Notes under the pieces: model-generated
Databases searched by the model: none
Seen by the model: only the letters and a program-made list of their open reading frames with translations
Told to the model about the DNA's origin: nothing
Shown: piece by piece, positions 30,269 to 40,967 of the stretch
Position numbering within the stretch: the stretch's first letter is position 1
Layout of the letters: each line of letters starts with the position of its first letter
Made by a program: the position numbers and the translations under genes
NCBI GenBank assembly: GCA_963788195.1
Contig: CAWBGA010000014.1
Location: forward strand, 1-64,000
DNA length: 64,000 nt
Origin: Nitrospirota bacterium
Lineage (GTDB): Bacteria; Nitrospirota; Nitrospiria; Nitrospirales; NS-4
Reading direction: 5' to 3'

Positions 30269-32873
30269 GCTTCGTCCTCAGCCACGCAGATAACGAATCC
30301 TGTTGCAATCGACGAAACGCCAACCCTAACCGTATCACCTCTAGGGTCTGAGTCAGAACCCGATCCGCCGAGGGGACGTGGTTCTGGGGATCTCGAAAGA
30401 ACAACCCTACATCCTCGAGCCATTCTTCACGCCACAAGTGCTTGGTACCGCCGATGATTCGTTGCGCCCCCACACTTCCGCCCTTCTGTCTCAGCGCAGC
30501 CCAATTCCTTTTAATGAAAATCCAGGTCTCGGTTTGCGTCGCGGGGTTTGCCAACATCACTCGCACAGGCTTCCAGACATCTTGCCCCCGGATCTGCTCG
30601 CTGAGGATCAGTCGAAGAATCTCGTCGGTAAGCTCGGGCCGTGAAAAATCGCCGAAGGCAACCACGTATCGATCGCGCTCCTCGGGCGTCACGGCGCTGA
30701 GGTACTGTTGCACATAGCGTTCAAAGCGCCCGTGATCCCCTACGCGGGCGCCGAGACGTATCACCGGCAACGCCAACGTAGCATCAAGCGCAGCAGAATT
30801 CTCCCAATAGGTGTCGAGCCACTCGGTAACCTGCTTGAGCAGCGACGGAGGCCGCGCGATGTTGCCGATGATCCAAAGCACTGCCGCACGGGTCAGCTTC
30901 GGCTCGTCACCCTCCGAGGGCTGCGGCGTCCAGCCGAGCTTTGAAACCTGCCGATCGAAGCGTTCTGACACGAATCTTGCCAGTCGCGGTCGATCCGATT
31001 CGGGCACCAAGCGGTCATTGAGCGTTTCAAGATACCCTGCCAACGCTTCGACGACCACGCGCGTGTCATGCGCCTCAAACAACCGCACGAGATCCATAAA
31101 GTCGCCGATGGGGGCTTCGCCTTTGTAGCTGAGCGCCCATGTGTTATCCAAAAATCCGAAGCGCTCTTCGGAGGATAAGCTTGCCAGTGACCGGGATAAG
31201 GCCTTGTAGAGAGCATCGTCGCAGCTGCTTCGATAATATCCCTGCTCTCCGGCATTGCCATACACCCACTTGACGGCGGTGTTTGCAGGCAGCGTGATCT
31301 CCATTTGCCGCTCCGTCATCAAGATCCGATGCCGATGGACCCCTTCCTGATCCTCATAGGCCAGGCTCAGGGGAATCGCCCATATGCCACTGTCCTCCGC
31401 CGATGGCCCTGGGGCAGCCCGGAAACGCCGCTGCTCGAGCTTTATTCGACGGAAGTCCTCGCTCGTTGCTTTCACCAGGATCATGGGAAAACCAGGCTTT
31501 GTGAACCAATCATTGGCAATGATGGGGACAGGCTGACCCGAGGCCTTTTCGAGCGCTTGCCAGAGTTCTTCCGCAGACGCATTGGCATACTGATGCGCAG
31601 CGATATAGTCACGGATTCCTTGCCGGAAGACGCCCTCCCCAAGGAATTGCTCCAACATGCGCAGGACTGATGCTCCCTTCTCGTAGGTCAACGCGTCGAA
31701 CATCTCCTCCGCTTCGGCCGCGGTACGAACCTTCGAACTGATGGGGCGGGTCGACTCCAACGCATCCACGCCCAGCGGAATCTGCTTATCCCGGGCGAAC
31801 TCGACCCAGGACTGCCACTCGGGACGCCAGTCATCCACAATCTTACAAGCCAGCCAGGTCGCAAAGGATTCGTTCAGCCAGAGATCATCCCACCACCACA
31901 TGGTCACGAGGTTCCCAAACCATTGATGGACCACCTCATGAGTGATGACGTTGGCGACGCCCCGAAGCGTATTGGCAGAGGCTTTATCGACATCGACGAG
32001 AAGCCGATTTTCACGAAAGAAAATGGCGCCCCAGTTCTCCATGGCGCCCATCGCGAAGTCCGGAACTCCGACGAGGTCCAATTTTGAAAGGGGATATTTC
32101 AGATCGAAATAGTCGTTCAGCATCGGAAGACACGCGTGCATAACCTCTTTGCCAAACCCCGTGAGCCCCCCCAGCTCCGGCCGGGAGTAAAAGGCTACCC
32201 GCGTGCCTTTAATGCCGACCTCGTCGACGACGAGCCGGCCGATGCCCAACGCGACAAGATACGTCGACATCTTGGGCGTCTCTCTAAACCTAATTCGTTT
32301 ACGGCCACCCGGTAGATTGCGTTCCTCGGATTCAGCCTCCATGTTGGAAATCGCCGTGCGGTCTTCAGGAAGCTCGGCGGTGATGCGGAATACAGCTTTG
32401 AATCCTGGTTCATCAAAGCATGGAAAGGCGCGCCGGGCGTCAGTGGCTTCGAATTGTGTAAAGGCATACCGCTCATTGTCGGCTTTCGCTTCATACAGGC
32501 CCTTCATCTGCTGATTGAGACGCCCGCCGAAAGCCATCGTCAGAACCGAAGGACCGGTCGGGAGCTCGTGCGCGAAGGTGAGGATGACCGTTTCCGACTC
32601 AGGAACGAAAGAGATCTCCGCGTAACGTCCAAGCCCACCGTCGTCGAAAAAGGCGGACACAATGTCGAGTTCGACGGCATGGAGAATAATCCGCCGCGTG
32701 ACCTCGCGAATCTCCAGGCCTACCGTCACAACGCCCGAAAATTCCGCCCGCGCGAGATCAACCGAAAGATGAATATCATAGTGTTTCGGGGCTACCGAGC
32801 GAGGCAGCCGCCCATCAGGAAGCGTTTCCACGGTGATTTTTTTACTCCTCTGAGCGCTTTTGGATGTAATCAA
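30261..32873 (-). CDS. M1 family aminopeptidase (puromycin-sensitive/ERAP-like)
   Basis: TQFEATDARRAFPCFDEP, GAMENWG, HEVVHQW..LWLNE, YEKGA. Confidence 0.96.
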   Translation of the reverse strand: MITSKSAQRSKKITVETLPDGRLPRSVAPKHYDIHLSVDLARAEFSGVVTVGLEIREVTRRIILHAVELDIVSAFFDDGGLGRYAEISFVPESETVILTFAHELPTGPSVLTMAFGGRLNQQMKGLYEAKADNERYAFTQFEATDARRAFPCFDEPGFKAVFRITAELPEDRTAISNMEAESEERNLPGGRKRIRFRETPKMSTYLVALGIGRLVVDEVGIKGTRVAFYSRPELGGLTGFGKEVMHACLPMLNDYFDLKYPLSKLDLVGVPDFAMGAMENWGAIFFRENRLLVDVDKASANTLRGVANVITHEVVHQWFGNLVTMWWWDDLWLNESFATWLACKIVDDWRPEWQSWVEFARDKQIPLGVDALESTRPISSKVRTAAEAEEMFDALTYEKGASVLRMLEQFLGEGVFRQGIRDYIAAHQYANASAEELWQALEKASGQPVPIIANDWFTKPGFPMILVKATSEDFRRIKLEQRRFRAAPGPSAEDSGIWAIPLSLAYEDQEGVHRHRILMTERQMEITLPANTAVKWVYGNAGEQGYYRSSCDDALYKALSRSLASLSSEERFGFLDNTWALSYKGEAPIGDFMDLVRLFEAHDTRVVVEALAGYLETLNDRLVPESDRPRLARFVSERFDRQVSKLGWTPQPSEGDEPKLTRAAVLWIIGNIARPPSLLKQVTEWLDTYWENSAALDATLALPVIRLGARVGDHGRFERYVQQYLSAVTPEERDRYVVAFGDFSRPELTDEILRLILSEQIRGQDVWKPVRVMLANPATQTETWIFIKRNWAALRQKGGSVGAQRIIGGTKHLWREEWLEDVGLFFRDPQNHVPSADRVLTQTLEVIRLGLAFRRLQQDSLSAWLRTKHA

Positions 32874-33204
32874 GCAATGCTTTATATGTCAGCTCGCGTG
32901 TTCTGGACTTCGGCGGCGCGGTCTCCAAATTCGACTCCAGCCAAACGGTTTCCTTAAGGTGAGCTTGTGCCTCATTGCATATGGTCCACATCTCGTGCAA
33001 CAGACCTTCCGGAAGGCCTACTTGCGACCCTTCGGATTCCATGCGGTCATCCAATGCCGCCAGCAAATCAGAAATTGCATGATGAGGCCGGTACGGCGCC
33101 GCTTTGTAGCCGAAGGTGTCGTGCTGTTCCTCCTGCCGCGCCTGCTCGACTAAATCCCACATATATTCCTTCATGACGCCGATCATATGGCCCGTCAATC
33201 GCAT
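32842..33204 (-). CDS. Hypothetical protein
   Basis: Helical ORF co-oriented with and overlapping the aminopeptidase start; start uncertain (33204, 33231 or 33264). Confidence 0.6.
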   Translation of the reverse strand: MRLTGHMIGVMKEYMWDLVEQARQEEQHDTFGYKAAPYRPHHAISDLLAALDDRMESEGSQVGLPEGLLHEMWTICNEAQAHLKETVWLESNLETAPPKSRTRELTYKALLDYIQKRSEE

Positions 33205-33382
33205 CGGCTCTTGAGCACCCCGGTTCTTCATTATGTGAGATTCATTCCCATGCCAGCAAGCCAAATCACCTGCGTTGATTCTTCATCGCCTCATTAGTAA
33301 AGTGACGCCGGAGGATCGAGTGCTAGCGGCTTGGGCGGTGTTTCAGGAGCACTATGGACTGGGGTGATAGGGAATCAAACTC

Positions 33383-33667
33383 ATGACGCGGCCGGACGCC
33401 GAATGGATTGCGGATGCGCTCACGAAGGCCGGCCTGAAAGCGGAGATCGTCGGATCACTCACGACCAAGAAACAATCCAGGCATGATATCGACATCACGA
33501 TCCAGATCCTCGAGGACCGCGATTACCAGACGTATTGGTATGCTTTGGAGCAGCTCGGCTTTCGCTATGACCGAACGGATGCGGCGCCATCGGGCGAGAT
33601 CTGGCTCGGACGCAGCCGTGACGGCACGTCACTCGTCCTGGATATGCACCCGAGTAAGCGTCCCTGA
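33383..33667 (+). CDS. Small Pol-beta-superfamily nucleotidyltransferase-like protein
   Basis: IVGS-x9-DIDI plus a downstream LD. Confidence 0.55.
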   Translation: MTRPDAEWIADALTKAGLKAEIVGSLTTKKQSRHDIDITIQILEDRDYQTYWYALEQLGFRYDRTDAAPSGEIWLGRSRDGTSLVLDMHPSKRP

Positions 33668-33680
33668 ACATCCAATTATT

Positions 33681-33849
33681 TGTCATCCTGAACCCTTTGG
33701 CTGTCATGCTGAACGCAGTGAAGCATCTGGTTTTGAGCTCAGGGTAAAACTCCGTGAAGGGTCTAGATTATTTGCGGAGTTTATCCTGAGCGTCGGAATT
33801 GAGATCCTTCGCTTCCCTCAGGATGACGAGCGAAGGACTCAGAATGACA
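33681..33849. repeat. Nested REP-like palindromic element, copy C
   Basis: Same arms as copies A and B, head-to-head composite. Confidence 0.9.
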
Positions 33850-33888
33850 ACGAAGAGCTCAGCAATAACAAGAAGCGAGACGAGTCTG

Positions 33889-34461
33889 TCAGTTCATGAT
33901 GGGGTCGGGAGGCATCGTGGCGAAGAACGTGAAGTTTCCTCCCAATGAACGCATGACATTCGACCACATCTGATGAGGATCGCGCGCAAATATGAGTTTC
34001 AGATCGGCAGGGAGAACAATCCATGATCCGCCGGACAACTCAAATTGAAGTTGTCCAGCACCCCAACCGGCATAGCCCATGTAGACCCGGACAAGATCAG
34101 TCGGCTCTCCATCCCCCGATACTTGTTCGAGCACCGCCAGGTCTCCTCCCAAACAGACGCCATCGAAAATGGGCTGTGATTCCGGCACTGCCTTGGTGAT
34201 CCGGTGCAGAATGAGCAGGTTGTCCTTCTGCACAGGCCCGCCGCTATAGACCAGCCCCGCCCTCTCGTGGAGCCCCGTTGTCTGAGGCAAGACATCCATG
34301 ATGTGATGCTCGGTGCGGCGGTTGACGACGAGACCGAGTGAGCCTCCCGACCCATGTTCACAAATTAAGACCACGGTTTGGCGAAAATTGGGATCGCGCA
34401 GGTGCGGGCTCGCGACCAGGAACGATCCCTTTGTGACCAGGCTGGATATCTCTAGTCCCAT
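33889..34461 (-). CDS. YqgE/AlgH family protein
   Basis: [36 protein letters not shown]. Confidence 0.93.
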   Translation of the reverse strand: MGLEISSLVTKGSFLVASPHLRDPNFRQTVVLICEHGSGGSLGLVVNRRTEHHIMDVLPQTTGLHERAGLVYSGGPVQKDNLLILHRITKAVPESQPIFDGVCLGGDLAVLEQVSGDGEPTDLVRVYMGYAGWGAGQLQFELSGGSWIVLPADLKLIFARDPHQMWSNVMRSLGGNFTFFATMPPDPIMN

Positions 34462-34620
34462 AGCCTCTCTATTGTAACCCAGGGGCGGCTATAGATTCAG
34501 CCTTTACCGCAAAAATCATAAGAGGGCGGTGTGCACTACCCGGGTATTGTGGGCCGTTGACGAGAAAGTGGATATGGGCGTAGTCTCAAAAAAAACCCTG
34601 ACCATGTATTGGAGGAGACG

Positions 34621-35121
34621 ATGAAGTGGGTTCGCGCGGTGCCGGTACGTTTGATCGCCCCTTGCCTGATATTCTTGTACGCGTTTGCAGCCCTGGCCGC
34701 GTCAGACGACGGCGGGGTCACCGTGAAGGAAGTTAAAGTCGCTTTGGTAGAGCAAAATCTTGTGGTTCTTTTGATTGTCGACAATCGTGCCCTGGCCATC
34801 CACGTTGACCCTACTGTCGCAGCATCTATTCACAGCGTTCTGTCACGGACTCCGACTCGGCGGCCCCTCTCGCATGATCTGATGCGCCTCATTCTGCTGG
34901 AGCTCGATGCGAAGGTCACCCGCGCAGTCATCACGCTCAAAGATAAGACCTACCACGCGGACCTTACCATCATGATGGGTGACCGCGCCTTTATCTTTGA
35001 TGGTCGGTCCTCCGACGCCATCGCCCTGGCAATTTTGTTCAAGGCACCGATCATCGTGGCACAGGGCACCTGGGATTTTGCGAGCAGGGCCTGGGAGGAG
35101 CCCCTAGGAGAAACGTCATGA
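34621..35121 (+). CDS. Bifunctional nuclease (DUF151) family protein with N-terminal signal/TM
   Basis: RPLSHDL, D.RSSDAIALA..FKAPI. Confidence 0.85.
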   Translation: MKWVRAVPVRLIAPCLIFLYAFAALAASDDGGVTVKEVKVALVEQNLVVLLIVDNRALAIHVDPTVAASIHSVLSRTPTRRPLSHDLMRLILLELDAKVTRAVITLKDKTYHADLTIMMGDRAFIFDGRSSDAIALAILFKAPIIVAQGTWDFASRAWEEPLGETS

Positions 35122-35747
35122 TCTTCCGTTCATTCCCCGTGCCGCCGCTGGAATGCAATTGCTCCATCTTAGGAGATCCCGTCTCCAAGAAGGCGATCGT
35201 GGTTGATCCGGGCGGAGACCATGAGGGCATTCTCGCCGCTCTCCGGGAACTGGATCTGACCGTGGCTCTGATCATTCATACTCATGCTCACTTCGATCAT
35301 TTTTTAGCATCCGGCAATATGCACAAGGCGACCGGAGCGCCACTGTGTTTGCACAAAGCCGACGAGTCCCTCTGGGAAAATTTGGAATTGCAATGCCAGC
35401 ACTTCGGGGTGCCCTATACGCCGGTCCCTCCTCCGAATCAGTGGATCAGCGATGGTGAAAAGTTGTTGGGGGGCAACCTGGCCGTGAACGCGATACACAC
35501 GCCCGGTCATACCCCGGGTTCGATGTGCTTTCACCTCGAATCCACAAAACTCCTCATCGCGGGTGATACCCTCTTCCGCGGGAGCATTGGTCGGACCGAT
35601 TTATGGGGAGGGGACCCGCAAGCCATCGAACGATCCATCAAGCAGCGGATCTACTCGTTGGATGAAGCCACGCGGGTGATCACGGGGCACGGCCCGGAGA
35701 CCACCATTGGGTTTGAGATCAGAAACAACGCGTTTGTTCGAGGATAG
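35118..35747 (+). CDS. MBL-fold metallo-hydrolase (glyoxalase II-like)
   Basis: THAHFDH, HTPGHTPG, GDTLF, GHG. Confidence 0.93.
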   Translation: MIFRSFPVPPLECNCSILGDPVSKKAIVVDPGGDHEGILAALRELDLTVALIIHTHAHFDHFLASGNMHKATGAPLCLHKADESLWENLELQCQHFGVPYTPVPPPNQWISDGEKLLGGNLAVNAIHTPGHTPGSMCFHLESTKLLIAGDTLFRGSIGRTDLWGGDPQAIERSIKQRIYSLDEATRVITGHGPETTIGFEIRNNAFVRG

Positions 35748-35753
35748 ACCTCT

Positions 35754-36908
35754 CTAGGACTTACCCTTCTCAACGGTAAAACCCAGCCCTGTCAACGTTT
35801 GCTGATGAGCGCAGGACGCCCCCGAGAGCACAACCTTCATATTGTGAAATTCCCACCGGGGAGGATAGTTCGCCCGCAACCGGTCAAAGGCCTGGCCCCG
35901 TTCCCCCAAGGACACAGTTGTGATGGTTCTAAATGTCTCATCGTCCCGGCGAATGTCATACGCGCGCTTCACAAGACCCCGTACCACTTCCAGAAGGGGC
36001 CTGTCGGCCTCGATAACGACGCGCTGGCCTCCCTCAACAGCCGTTTCTGAAGGCCGCCACTGCAGAGCGCGCTGGAAGTGCGTGCAAGCAGCCTCGTAGA
36101 GCATCTGGGTGCCCTTGATCTTGCCGTCGAGAGAATAGCCAGCGATGTGCGGAGTTCCCAATGCAACGGCGTGGATCAACGCCGGGTCCGGCGAAGGCTC
36201 CCCTTCCCACACATCAAGCACAGCCCCGCCCAGGCGCTCATTATTTAGCGCGTCAAGCAATGCCGTGTTGTCCACAACAGGCCCTCGCGCTGTATTAATG
36301 AGGATCGCCGCCGAGCCGAGCATCCGGAGCGTGCGTTGGTTCAACAGATGATACGTCGCATCTAAGCCTTCTGTAGTCAACGGGACATGGCAAGTCACCA
36401 TGTCGCTTTCTCTTAAGACTCTCTCCAACGCCACAACTCCTGTCCGGCCGGCGCGCTCCAGCGGGGGATCATTGGCGAGGGTTTTTATTCCCAGCGCTTC
36501 AGCTTTCGCTTTAACCAGGCTTCCGATGCGACCGAGACCGATGATGCCGAGCGTACGCCCAGCCAACGAATCGGACCGAAGGGCGAGTATCGCGGCGATA
36601 ACATATTCGGCGACTGAGTTGGCGTTGGACCCCGGGGCGTAGGCAAAGCCGATTCCCTGTTCTTGCAAGTACGCGAGATCCACGTGATCCAGTCCAATAG
36701 TGGCACTGCCGACGAATCGAACCCGGCTTTCTTTGATCAGACCGGCATCTACCGGCGTCACCGATCGGACTATTAGCAAATCCGCGTCCCGAAGATGCGA
36801 CGCAGTGATCTCGCGGCCGGCAATCAGCTTGACCTCGCCTAGCTTGCTGAAGGCGTCCTTCACATACGGAATATTCTCGTCGGCTACAATCTGCACGGCC
36901 CTAGCCAT
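35754..36908 (-). CDS. pdxB: 4-phosphoerythronate dehydrogenase
   Basis: ADENIP, VRSVT, SATIGLDH, APGSNANSVAEY, TPHIAGYS.DGK..GT. Confidence 0.93.
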   Translation of the reverse strand: MARAVQIVADENIPYVKDAFSKLGEVKLIAGREITASHLRDADLLIVRSVTPVDAGLIKESRVRFVGSATIGLDHVDLAYLQEQGIGFAYAPGSNANSVAEYVIAAILALRSDSLAGRTLGIIGLGRIGSLVKAKAEALGIKTLANDPPLERAGRTGVVALERVLRESDMVTCHVPLTTEGLDATYHLLNQRTLRMLGSAAILINTARGPVVDNTALLDALNNERLGGAVLDVWEGEPSPDPALIHAVALGTPHIAGYSLDGKIKGTQMLYEAACTHFQRALQWRPSETAVEGGQRVVIEADRPLLEVVRGLVKRAYDIRRDDETFRTITTVSLGERGQAFDRLRANYPPRWEFHNMKVVLSGASCAHQQTLTGLGFTVEKGKS

Positions 36909-37000
36909 TCCACAACCTGCGCAGCCCCCTCGGTCCTTGCTTCGCGGCAGATCAGGATCAATCGACTCTGACCCGGATTATTTGTTATTGTACTGGGCCC

Positions 37001-37862
37001 ATGTCGATCATCGATGCAAAGACCCACCTGTGCGCCCTCATTGGGGATCCGGTGGAGCACTCCCTATCGCCCGCAATACATAACGCTGCCTTTCAGCATG
37101 TCGGATTGAATTATGTCTATCTTGCCTTCAAAGTCCAGGATGTCGAGGGCGCAATACGTGGCATTCGGGCGTTGACCAGCATCCGGGGTATCAGCGTGAC
37201 AATCCCGCACAAAGTTGCGGTCCTTCCGTATCTCGATTCGGTGGCTCCCACTGCTCGGAATATCGGCGCCGTCAATACGATCGTTGCCGGTGACGGGATT
37301 CTTACCGGATATAATACCGATGCCTCCGGCGCTCTCCAAGCGCTCCGGGCGGCTGAAGGCCTTCCTGACGGGGGGCGATTCCTGTTGTTGGGGTCAGGCG
37401 GCGCCGCGCGGGCCATCGCCTTCGGCCTCTGTATGGAAGCAAAGATCTCTTCACTGACGATTCTGGCAGTCATCGACGAGGAGCGCCAGGCGCTCGTCCG
37501 AGACCTTCGGGACAAAACAGGAGCCACAATCAATGAAGCACAACTGACTGCCGACACTCTGAAGCGCCATATCCCCGAGAATCAAGTCTTGATTCACGGC
37601 ACGCCGGTGGGGATGAGCCCAAAGGTGGAGGAAAGCTGTGTTCCGAAGCATCTTCTAAGGCCCCTCTCTAATTGTGATGGATATCGTCTACAATCCGTTC
37701 GAGACGAGATTGTTGGCAGAAGCTCGTCAAGCGGGTTGTCGCATTATCCATGGGATGGAGATGTTTCTGCACCAGGCGATCGGACAATTTGAGCTCTGGA
37801 CAAAACATCCGGCGCCCGTGGAAGTGATGCGCCGCGTCTTGGAGCATGAGAGGGTTAAATGA
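37001..37862 (+). pseudogene. aroE: Shikimate dehydrogenase with one frameshift near 37661-37664 (likely assembly error)
   Basis: HSLSPAIHN, VTIPHK, GAVNT, NTD, GSGGAA; MDIVYNP..GMEMFLHQA continues in the next frame. Confidence 0.9.
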
Positions 37863-38359
37863 ATATTGTATTGATCGGATATCGTGGAACCGGCAAGAGC
37901 AGGGTTGCCGGTCGGCTAGCCGAATTATCAAAGTGGCCCGTGGTGTCGACCGATGCTGAAATTGTCAGGAAGGCCGGGATGCCGGTTGCGGATATTATCA
38001 GGAAGCGAAGCTGGGATTATTTTCGCGATGTCGAATCAGAGATCTGCAAACAGGCGGGGAAAAAAGATCGCACGATAATTGATACCGGCGGCGGTGCGGT
38101 CTTGCGTAAAGAAAATGTAGAAGCGCTCCGACAGCGCGGGCGCATCTTTTGGCTCACCGCCGAAGTCAGCACCATCATGGAACGGATCAAGGCCAGTAAC
38201 GAGCGGCCTTCGTTGACCGGCAAGAAAAGCTATGTGGAAGAGGTCGAAGAAGTGCTGAATGAGCGGCTTCCCCTGTACAAGGCCGCGGCTGATCACATCA
38301 TTCCAACCGACGGGCGCACGATCGATGAGATTGCAAACGAGGTCAGACAGTTGATGTAG
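37859..38359 (+). CDS. aroK: Shikimate kinase
   Basis: LIGYRGTGKS, FRDVE, DTGGG, RPSL, R.PLY. Confidence 0.93.
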   Translation: MNIVLIGYRGTGKSRVAGRLAELSKWPVVSTDAEIVRKAGMPVADIIRKRSWDYFRDVESEICKQAGKKDRTIIDTGGGAVLRKENVEALRQRGRIFWLTAEVSTIMERIKASNERPSLTGKKSYVEEVEEVLNERLPLYKAAADHIIPTDGRTIDEIANEVRQLM

Positions 38360-38364
38360 AAGAC

Positions 38365-38448
38365 AGACCCTTCGCGGAGTTTATCTTGAGCGACGAATTG
38401 AGATCCTTCACTTCGTTCAGGATGACTAGCGAAGGACTCAGGGTGACA
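38365..38448. repeat. REP-like element, copy D (half composite)
   Basis: AGATCCTTCACTTCGTTCAGGATGAC..GAAGGACTCAGGGTGACA. Confidence 0.88.
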
Positions 38449-38491
38449 GGCTCCGACAGAGTGATACGCTTTTCAGTTTGACAGGCTTAAT

Positions 38492-39034
38492 TTATGTGGC
38501 CGGAGCGATCTTAAAGCGAAGGGTTCCCAGTTGGCTCGCCTCAGTCACCTCCTCGCCTAGGTGAATTTTCACTTTATAGCTGCCCGGGATCCAGCCCCCT
38601 TCAGGCCGGCCTAATTCCAGAAAGCCACTATCCTGAGAGGTGGTGAGGTAGACCCCCCGGTCATAGAGGAGTTTGTCGTTAGCCCGGCCGTCCCCTTTTT
38701 CCAAATACAACTGCCCGATAATGTGCACGGGATTTTCCCGCGGGAGCAGATCGAAGACCATATAGATCGTGTCCACATCGGGCGTAAACGTGGATGCCGG
38801 CTTTTCCGGCTTATACCGATCTGTTCCGAAGACGTCTTTGACGTCCTGCACGCCGTGGGCGAAGGTGAGCTTTGTGAAGAACCCAATGGGCGGTCTTTCC
38901 ACAGCATTTTCATCATCGGCCGCCATCGCTATTATGGGCAATGCTATGGCTAAGGCAATCCCGACGAACATGTACAGGAGTCCCGAAGGATTCAATTTGC
39001 GTCTTCGAAGCAAGCTAAGGATTTGCAAAGACAT
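38492..39034 (-). CDS. Hypothetical exported beta-sandwich-like protein
   Basis: Hydrophobic signal, GW.PG.Y.V.I motif; start uncertain. Confidence 0.65.
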   Translation of the reverse strand: MSLQILSLLRRRKLNPSGLLYMFVGIALAIALPIIAMAADDENAVERPPIGFFTKLTFAHGVQDVKDVFGTDRYKPEKPASTFTPDVDTIYMVFDLLPRENPVHIIGQLYLEKGDGRANDKLLYDRGVYLTTSQDSGFLELGRPEGGWIPGSYKVKIHLGEEVTEASQLGTLRFKIAPAT

Positions 39035-39091
39035 GGTTTTAGCCTAACGAAAATAACGTTGCTCAATCACGGCTTCGTATTGATTGTAGCA

Positions 39092-39207
39092 TGACGGAGC
39101 CGGAGGTTTTCCACTTCGGTGTCGCTCAGTTCACGCCACTGCCCTGGCTGAAGGTTGCCGAGGGTAATCGGTCCAATGGCCACCCGAATCAGCCGCAGCG
39201 TGGGGTG
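39092..39207 (-). repeat. Duplicate of the rluE 3' end (direct repeat of 40393-40508)
   Basis: 116 bp with 9 mismatches by manual alignment. Confidence 0.93.
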
Positions 39208-39496
39208 CCTTAATCTTCACTACCCCTGAGGTATATATACGCCAGGTGAGCTCGGATCTATTTGAAACCGATAACCGCTATGTGGTCGCGCGGTAACGCA
39301 ATCTTTTTGGTGCGCGAAAATCCTGCCTCTTTAAGCCAACCCTCATATTCCTTAGCGGCGCCGGCAGTCATCGTCTATGTTCAAGACCACCCATTGTCAA
39401 AACACACTTAAGTGAATACAATGTACTTCGGAACGCATTGATTTTCAACTTCTTTACTCTGCGATAAAGCTGGATCTTCGAGGGACTCGTTATAGT

Positions 39497-40381
39497 ATGG
39501 TTTTCACAAAATTCAAGTTGCTCGCTCAGATCCTGCGAGCAGTGATCATCGCAGCTCGGGAAAAATTCACGCGGCTGGCCTTCGAGAGAGTGCCGGAACC
39601 GTCACTGGTCATGAATGAGGTCAGCAATGTTGAAGCCTATCATCAGGCGGGCTTTGCTGAAGGAGGAATGCTGCCAGCCTACCACTTTAATGCACTGGCT
39701 ATCAGTGCATTGACGCCACTGGGCGCAACGGTTTTGGATTTGGGTTCAGGCTCAGCTCAAATGATCTGTTACTTAGCGAGACTGCGGCCAGATATTAAAA
39801 TCTATGGATTGGATCTCTCCGACGCCATGATAGATCAGGGGCTAAAACTAATTGCAGAGTTGAGTTTACAAAACCGAGTGTGGCTTCAGAAGGGCGATAT
39901 GACTCAATTTGCCGATCATTTTAGACCCGATGTTGAGACCATTTCATCCGTTTTTGCTCTCCATCATCTGCCTGACCGCAGAGCCTTAAACACGTGCATG
40001 CAAGAAGTTTTAACCATGCAGAAAAAGCATAACTGCTCCGTTTGGCTTTTTGATCTCAACCGACCAAGAAACTTACGTACCGCTTTGGAATATCCAAACG
40101 TGTTCCTGCCAAAAGCAACCATCGAGCTACAGGAAGACACGATAAACTCCCTGATCGCAGCGTTTTCTATCGCCGAGATGAGTGAGGCGCTTGTGTCATC
40201 AGAAGGTTTTTGTCACTCGCATTCGCGCTTGCTCGAGCTCTATCAGATCCATTGGAAACAAACAGCGTTCTTTGATAACAAACAGTTGTTTGTTCAGAAT
40301 ACTTTATCTGCCAGTGAGCTTAACCAGTTCAAAGCCTTGAATTTGATTTTCCCGAGGATTTTAAAGAATTTGACGCCTTAG
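39497..40381 (+). CDS. Class I SAM-dependent methyltransferase
   Basis: RVPEP, VLDLGSGS, GLDLSDAM, GDM, ALHHLPD; AT-richer than the flanks. Confidence 0.88.
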   Translation: MVFTKFKLLAQILRAVIIAAREKFTRLAFERVPEPSLVMNEVSNVEAYHQAGFAEGGMLPAYHFNALAISALTPLGATVLDLGSGSAQMICYLARLRPDIKIYGLDLSDAMIDQGLKLIAELSLQNRVWLQKGDMTQFADHFRPDVETISSVFALHHLPDRRALNTCMQEVLTMQKKHNCSVWLFDLNRPRNLRTALEYPNVFLPKATIELQEDTINSLIAAFSIAEMSEALVSSEGFCHSHSRLLELYQIHWKQTAFFDNKQLFVQNTLSASELNQFKALNLIFPRILKNLTP

Positions 40382-40967
40382 GAAAGGGGAACTGACGGAA
40401 CCGGAGGTTTTCCACTTCGGTGTCGCTTAGCTCACGCCACTGCCCCGGCTGAAGGTTGCCGAGAGTGATCGCTCCGATGGCCACCCGAATCAGCCGCAGC
40501 GCGGGGTGGCCCACCGCAGCAGTCATGCGGCGGATCTGCCGGTTTACACCTTCCTCAACGGTCACGCTGACCCAGGCAGTGGGAACCGATTTTCGGTAAC
40601 GGATAGGAACAGGGCGCGGAAAAACTGGCGGAGGATCAGCAAGAAGAGTAACCTCCGCCGGTCGGGTCCGGCGGCCGCTGATCAGCACGCCTTTCTGGAG
40701 CCGACGCAGGGCGTCGCTCTCGGGGATTCGCTCAACCTGCACCCAATAGACCTTGGGAAGCTTGTGCGTCGGACTCATGATCCGGTGAGCCAATTTTCCG
40801 TCCGATGTCAGCAGTAAGAGGCCCTCGCTGTCGAAGTCCAATCGACCGGCCGCATACACGTCTGGGATGGAAATATAGCTGGCCAGTGTCGAGCGGCCCT
40901 GAGAATCGGTAAAGCATGACAGGACCCCGTAAGGCTTGTGAAAAGCCAACGTCCGTAAAGGCCTCAC
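40329..40967 (-). CDS. rluE: rRNA pseudouridine synthase (RluE/RsuA family)
   Basis: KPYGVL, AGRLDFDSEGLLLLT, KVYWVQVE, EGVNRQIRRMTAAVG; GTG start overlaps the dedA stop. Confidence 0.9.
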   Translation of the reverse strand: MRPLRTLAFHKPYGVLSCFTDSQGRSTLASYISIPDVYAAGRLDFDSEGLLLLTSDGKLAHRIMSPTHKLPKVYWVQVERIPESDALRRLQKGVLISGRRTRPAEVTLLADPPPVFPRPVPIRYRKSVPTAWVSVTVEEGVNRQIRRMTAAVGHPALRLIRVAIGAITLGNLQPGQWRELSDTEVENLRFRQFPFPKASNSLKSSGKSNSRL

